From Sphagnum compactum (taxonomy: Eukaryota), in contig OZ234494.1 of assembly GCA_965153455.1 (NCBI GenBank), positions 9,362,001 through 9,426,000 on the forward strand: a DNA stretch of 64,000 nt, given 5' to 3'. The stretch's first letter is position 1, and each line of letters opens with the position of its first letter. This document shows, piece after piece, positions 62,100 through 64,000 of the stretch. The notes under the pieces were generated by a model that searched no databases, was not told the DNA's origin, and saw nothing but the letters and a program-made list of their open reading frames with translations. The translations under genes and the position numbers were made by a program.

Positions 62100-63060
62100 C
62101 TTAAACCCACTTTTGATGTTTTGTTTTAATATCAAAATGTCTAATGTCTTATCAACCTAACCAACAAAATTTTTGTTTGGCTTTTGATAGTTGGATCTAA
62201 CCATGTTATTGTTTCTCTCCTTTCCAAATGTAGTTTTGAAATGGTTGATTCAACAACTCACATTTAAAGGTTGTAATGGATGGATTGTGTGTAGAGGTAA
62301 AGTCACCATGTCTAACCCAATTTTTTGTGCTTGTTCCATTACTTCAAAGGTTACATGTGAACCATGCCCATTTAAAATTAATAAATGCATATTAGTTTGA
62401 GAAATGCCTCTAGAAACTATCATTGGGAAGAATGACAAAATTTCCTTGTAAAGGAAAAATTTGATCCTTGGTTTTTTTTGCATTGTCATCATGTCCTTGA
62501 TTTGCAATTTTTGATGTAGTCATCTATAATCATCTCACCTTTAAATATGAATACCCTTGGTAGAAAACCCTTAGTTACATCTACAACATAGTTTACAATC
62601 AACCATTCCTTGCATTTGGGATTGGTGTTGTACATTTGTTATGAACCTTTTTTTGCTAAAACTCTTACCCTTGATTGTTGCCCAAAATGATTTGCATGCA
62701 TTGTTGGTCATATCTTGTACTTTATAAATTTCTAGTCCCTCTACAAGTTTGATTAACAAATTAGGATGTTTGCACTTAAAATACCACCAAAAGTATTTAG
62801 GTACCCCATTTCAAAATGGGGTATGCTTAATATAGGTGAATCCTACCACCTTGAATTTGAATTATTGTATTGTGATTGAAAGTCCACATCCTTACATTTT
62901 AGAAATATAATCAATAACAATTTTTTTCCTTATACAAAACACCATGTGGGTCAACTTTTTTGGACTTGGTCTTCCCATCTAGATGGATTAGACAATGGAT
63001 TAGATGGAATGTCAAAAAATTTGCTAATGATATGTATATTTTTCTATTACATCCATGGCA
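62100..63060 (-). mobile_element. Degenerate pogo/Tigger-like (DDE_1) transposase relic
   Basis: HLLILNGHGSHVTFEVMEQAQKIGLDMVTLPLHTIHPLQPLNVSC matches LLxxDGHxSH..LPxHTSHxLQPLDV. An upstream CENP-B-HTH-like LSITIQ..GVPKYFWWYFKCKHPNL is also present. Multiple stops. Confidence 0.85.
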
Positions 63061-64000
63061 TCTTTTAATTGTTACATGGTCCTTTCCATATTCTTGCATT
63101 TTTTGAAATTTTGGTCTTTTAGCTTGATTAAATGGGATGTTTTCCTTGTTTTGAGCTGGACCAAATCAGATGTTGGTATTTGTGACTTGAACTAACTAAT
63201 ATAAAATGTTATTTTGTCATTTGTGAAACACATTAAACATCATTCTACTTTGATCCTCCAATCCTTATCCTCCCAAACACAAGGGGGTAAAAATGAAGAA
63301 ATAGGAATCACTCGTGTTTCCTAAATTGGTTGTGACTAATCTTAATTAGATGATATGATAGCACAAGATTGATTTAAAAGTTTTAAAACAATGCTAAACA
63401 ACTATGTTTAGACAATGTCATGTTTTTTTCAAGCATAAAAAATTTAGTTATGGGGTGAAAACATGTTGAAAGGTACTTTATATTTAGTTTACTTTTAAAC
63501 TTATCAAAATGTTATATTGACATATTAAAAAGGGTGTGGTACAAATACAATAGACATTTTTAACATTATTTAGTTTATAAAACTTGTAAACATGTTAAAA
63601 AAACATTGGTCATTGTGTTTTAAGAAACTAATCATATTATTATCCTATTTTTACCCAAGGGGATGCACCTAGGCCTAACAAGAGGTATACCCTTGTTTTA
63701 TTAAAACTAGACCAAAATCATAAGAATTGAATTAGTTCATGGTATGTTTCATTAAGATGTTCTTTTGTTTGCCAATAGTTTGAAATAAATTCAAACAATT
63801 ATATAACATCCTACTCATATTAGATCTTCATTTGTTATTCTACAAACTATGGGTGTAAATCTACAATTGGCTAAGGCACACTAAAACTTACATCTTTGCA
63901 CCTTATTTGCATAATACATGATTAATTATTCAACAATGGTATAAATATTCATTAAACCTTTCGTTAAGCTTGTCTATAAACTAGATCTTGCATTCAATGG

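Overview
Eukaryotic nuclear DNA from a non-seed land plant, most likely a moss such as Sphagnum (inferred from GT-AG introns, telo-boxes, plastid-targeted genes and the style of the repeats). Four spliced protein-coding genes were reconstructed by hand with consistent exon phases. (1) PTOX/IMMUTANS, minus strand, 9 exons, 3332-7666. (2) Plastid imidazoleglycerol-phosphate dehydratase (HISN5/hisB), minus strand, 8 exons, 11308-13867. (3) A PUB62-like U-box protein with an unusually long C-terminal extension, plus strand, 13 exons, about 986 aa, 24474-30873. (4) A very acidic, probably disordered MPSG..KRKAA-type protein with clustered ATG8-interacting-like and SIM-like motifs, minus strand, 3 exons, about 759 aa, 46076-48932. 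AT-rich transposon graveyards lie between the genes. They hold a PIF/Harbinger transposase relic, a decayed Helentron-type element (Rep, PIF1 helicase, AP endonuclease), a plastid rpl2 exon/group II intron fragment (NUPT), CACTA and Myb/SANT relics, a CRE-like non-LTR RLE fragment, a pogo-like DDE relic, several MITE families and a mini-Helitron. Two regions (about 8.2-11.3 kb and 54-60 kb) carry splice signals but no intact recognisable ORF. All homology calls come from recognising motifs by eye; no searches were run.
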